64,000 bases of DNA, taken from assembly GCA_036867785.1 (NCBI GenBank), contig CP145413.1:682001-746000 (forward strand), written 5' to 3'. The notes under the pieces are model-generated. The model had not been told where the DNA came from, searched no databases, and worked only from the letters and a program-made list of their open reading frames with translations. Of the stretch, positions 61,073 to 64,000 are shown piece by piece (the first letter of the stretch is position 1; every line of letters starts with the position of its first letter). Position numbers and translations under genes: made by a program. Origin of the DNA: Plasmodiophora brassicae. Its lineage: Eukaryota.

Positions 61073-63916
61073 TGTCACGACTGAGTCGTGTTGGCGACTC
61101 AGCCGGTACCAAATTGGGCTCCTTCGTAGCGCACTAGGTACAATAAACGTCCACGGCGCGGACCGACCTCAGTCGGTCAATCCGTGTGGTTGACTCATCG
61201 TGTTCGGTCGTCACATTTTGACCGACTAACCTTCTGTCGTCGTCTTGTCTCGACTCGTATCGTATTGTGCCGTATCGTATCGTATTGTGCCGTATCGTAC
61301 CGTGCCGTACCGTTTCTATCGTTCGTATTGTATTGCATTCATGGCAGGAGGCGATGGGTCGATTCCGTCATTGGCGGACGACGTCCCATCGTCCGCGAAT
61401 CCGGATGTTGCGGGAGCGTCGGATTTTGCCCTCGGTCCCCTGTCGCAGCTGCACTTCGCGCGGGGTGTTCTGCCACTGGCGAATCATCTCCCTGCACGAC
61501 CGCTCACCCCGCCCTCGCTCAATAGTACCGCTGCCGATTGGCCCGACGACTCTCGGTCCTCTTCGAACCGTCACTCCCCGCCTGCCTTATCGTCCCTACA
61601 CGTTTCTGCCGCCTCGACGTCTCTGCAGGACCCCGGCGGCGTGCCTCGGCATGACCCTGTCTCCTCGACGTCGCAGCATATTGGCGCTTCGTCCGTTGGG
61701 GCTCGGGTGCCGGCGCCACGGGTGTCTCCGGGCCCACCCTTAACGTCTATTGTTGTTCACTCACAAGACATTCCGCGTTTTTCGGGAAGCGATGGTCTGT
61801 CGACGACGCGTTGGTTGACTGCGTTCTCTCGGATCACCCAGACGTCGTTAACGTCTACAAGTCCTCTATCCGGCGATGTGCAATGTGTCTTAACGACAGC
61901 CTTGCAAGGTCAGGCCCTTGAGACTTACCTCGACTTGCCTGCGGACGCGTCTATGGCGGACGTAGCGTCCGTCCTGCTCCATGACTTCCCGGGACCTTCG
62001 TTCAAGCAGGTTGAAGCGAAGTTTGACAACCTGAAGCAGACTGCAGGTGTTGCTCACCACGCACTGGCATTCCAATGCTTGTACAAGGACCTTCAAAGAC
62101 TTGACCCATTGTACAGACTCAATCCGGCCCGCTTGGCGGAAAAGTTCCGCCTCTCGTTGAACCCTGCGCTCTCCGAAGCGCTGTTCTTCTACAACTTCAG
62201 AGACTACGACAAAGTTCTCGAGATGGCGGCTCATCTTGAGTCGAAATATCCAATCGCCGCCATCAACGCTGGCGGTGATGCAAGGGCACAACCCCTGACT
62301 TGCCATTATTGTCACGAGGTTGGGCATTTTATTGCGTCCTGCCCGAAGAGGCCACCGTGCCCGCACTGTCATAAGGTTGGCCACCGCTCATCGCTGTGTC
62401 CCGAGCGGTCCGGCAACCCTCTCCACGTCACTGATCTGTTCCTTATGACGTCTCCCTCAATACCACATCTGTTGGTATCGGTACGCCTCGTTATCGGCTC
62501 ACGCCGTGTCAACGCTATCGCCCTGTTAGACTGTGGTGCGACTTCCAACTTCATCGACTGGTCGTTCTGTCGTCACCATGAAATACCGGTTCGCTCTAAA
62601 TCGCGTGCCATTCCTGTTCGCGTCATCGACGGGCGACACCTGTCTCCAGTAACTCAGGAAACCGTCCCGCTACGTGCTACCGTCGACGGATGTTTCGACA
62701 GCGATGTCGTCCTGAACATGATCCACTCGCCTCAACACCCTATCATTCTTGGGCTGCCTTGGTTGGCGGATACAAACCCAGATATCGATTGGCGTCAGCG
62801 CCGCCTACAGCGCCGCGGAGGAACCCTCGTTGGGATGTCACGCCGTACAGGAGACGTCCATGAGTCTGGGTCCTTCGTCTCTTCGGCGGGACCATTTGCA
62901 ACAGTAAAGCGCGGGGATAGTCTCTCAGCTGGGGTCTCGCCTCCTGCACGAAGCGTTCCTGCGCTTGCGTGTGCCATCCCTTCAGCTGAATCACTCGAAA
63001 CGTTGCCGCTTACATCCGTGTTTGTCGACGGCAAGCTGGCTTCTGTAGCTAACGACGACCACCCGGAGTGCCACATTGCCATTGCTGCCGTCGACGACAG
63101 GCCGAGTCCTTCCGCTTTCGATTATGGTAGCATCCCGGGGGGTCGCCGCCTTCAATGCTACTGTTGCCCCCAGCCGCACCGATCTCTTATCATTGACCCG
63201 TTCAGGCTCCGAGTCCACGCCCCTTATGTCCTCCTTCCGGAACTTGGGCCCCGTTCGACGAGGGGTGAGACGGTCTCTCCCGCCGCCTCCGCCGCCTCCC
63301 TCCAATGATGGCTTCCGAGACGGCCACAGCCTCAATCTTCTGATGTTCGCAACCTTTGTCGCCCTGACCTGGCTCCTAGTTGGGTGGCCGTATTTTCCAA
63401 TAGCACAGCTGTGTACGAGCGCCTCTGCGGAGCCCCCGCCCTTGAATGCGCCCGCCGAGTCCTTCTTTGCACATTTTGCTACGTTCGAGGATGACCAGGC
63501 CTCATCAACCTCGATCGCGTTTCTCAACCCCGATCTCATGTTCCTGGACGCCGCCGCACGTGTGTTTGCCCACAAGCTACATCGACGACAGAGTCTTTCA
63601 CCCCAATTCCTTAGCGAAGTTGATTTCGTTCATTGGACACCTGACGCCCTGACTCGTCGACTGGAGTACAGACTGTCGCCTAATGATGAAGCAGTTCTTG
63701 CTAGGCCTCACCAAATGCTTCCACCCAGACAAGCCCGCAGCCCGTTCCCGGTGCGGCTAAAAGGGGACTATTATGTCACGACTGAGTCGTGTTGGCGACT
63801 CAGCCGGCACCAAATTGGGCTCCTTCGTAGCGCACTAGGTACAATAAACGTCCACGGCGCGGACCGACCTCAGTCGGTCAATCCGTGTGGTTGACTCATC
63901 GTGTTCGGTCGTCACA
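61073..63916 (+). mobile_element. Non-autonomous chromovirus-derived element A with 143-bp LTRs (61073-61215, 63774-63916)
   Basis: LTRs differ at one visible base; near-TSD GTGTA/TTGTA; PPT AAAAGGGGACTATTA. Confidence 0.92.
61341..63308 (+). CDS. Gag (2x CCHC) + aspartic protease of element A; RT and IN absent
   Basis: CHYCHEVGHFIASC, CPHCHKVGHRSSLC, ALLDCGATSNFID, IILGLPWL...NP.IDW. Confidence 0.85.
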   Translation: MAGGDGSIPSLADDVPSSANPDVAGASDFALGPLSQLHFARGVLPLANHLPARPLTPPSLNSTAADWPDDSRSSSNRHSPPALSSLHVSAASTSLQDPGGVPRHDPVSSTSQHIGASSVGARVPAPRVSPGPPLTSIVVHSQDIPRFSGSDGLSTTRWLTAFSRITQTSLTSTSPLSGDVQCVLTTALQGQALETYLDLPADASMADVASVLLHDFPGPSFKQVEAKFDNLKQTAGVAHHALAFQCLYKDLQRLDPLYRLNPARLAEKFRLSLNPALSEALFFYNFRDYDKVLEMAAHLESKYPIAAINAGGDARAQPLTCHYCHEVGHFIASCPKRPPCPHCHKVGHRSSLCPERSGNPLHVTDLFLMTSPSIPHLLVSVRLVIGSRRVNAIALLDCGATSNFIDWSFCRHHEIPVRSKSRAIPVRVIDGRHLSPVTQETVPLRATVDGCFDSDVVLNMIHSPQHPIILGLPWLADTNPDIDWRQRRLQRRGGTLVGMSRRTGDVHESGSFVSSAGPFATVKRGDSLSAGVSPPARSVPALACAIPSAESLETLPLTSVFVDGKLASVANDDHPECHIAIAAVDDRPSPSAFDYGSIPGGRRLQCYCCPQPHRSLIIDPFRLRVHAPYVLLPELGPRSTRGETVSPAASAASLQ

Positions 63917-64000
63917 TTGTAGGTAACGGCGAATGGCCGTCAAGTTCTCCACGCGTTCATCGGCAGAAGGATTGGAGCTACCGTGTTTGCAAGGACGAGG

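Larger units (their letters stand above)
60372..64000 (-). mobile_element. Chromovirus A' (3' LTR 60372-60517; IN C-terminus and chromodomain 60531-61072; continues from 63922 past the window end)
   Basis: PPT AAAAGGGGACTATTA; GPF/IHNVFH and chromodomain YYIDWEGYP..E.TWEP; frame rejoins ...ENLTAIRRYL|HRQLHR. Confidence 0.88.

Overview
This is eukaryotic, GC-rich protist DNA with ~50-70 bp spliceosomal introns. The gene content (CEP104, plant-type CCR4, NPSN SNARE) and intron style fit a plasmodiophorid such as Plasmodiophora brassicae, which is an inference only. Bases 1-~27.9 kb are a compact gene-rich block: RAD54-like helicase, RPEL protein, secreted Cys-repeat/PTPA protein, PSF2, TMEM120, FAD synthase, C2H2 protein, DCAF7, OSCA/TMEM63-like channel, DIM1, CEP104, tRNA-Asp, ZCCHC8-like protein, CCR4, DUF6259-like secreted glycosidase, MIC10 and NPSN. 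From ~28.6 kb to the end is a transposon island that resolves by LTR/TIR pairs and target-site duplications (TSDs) into a nest about 5 levels deep of Gypsy/chromovirus, Copia, CACTA, Tc1/IS630-like and pogo-like elements. The most notable items are: short-LTR chromoviruses with a Tf1-like self-priming signature and a covarying LTR hairpin; a second Gypsy family with a covarying palindrome in place of a tRNA PBS; DNA transposons carrying convergent accessory genes; and a secreted protein with a three-fold 4-Cys helical repeat.
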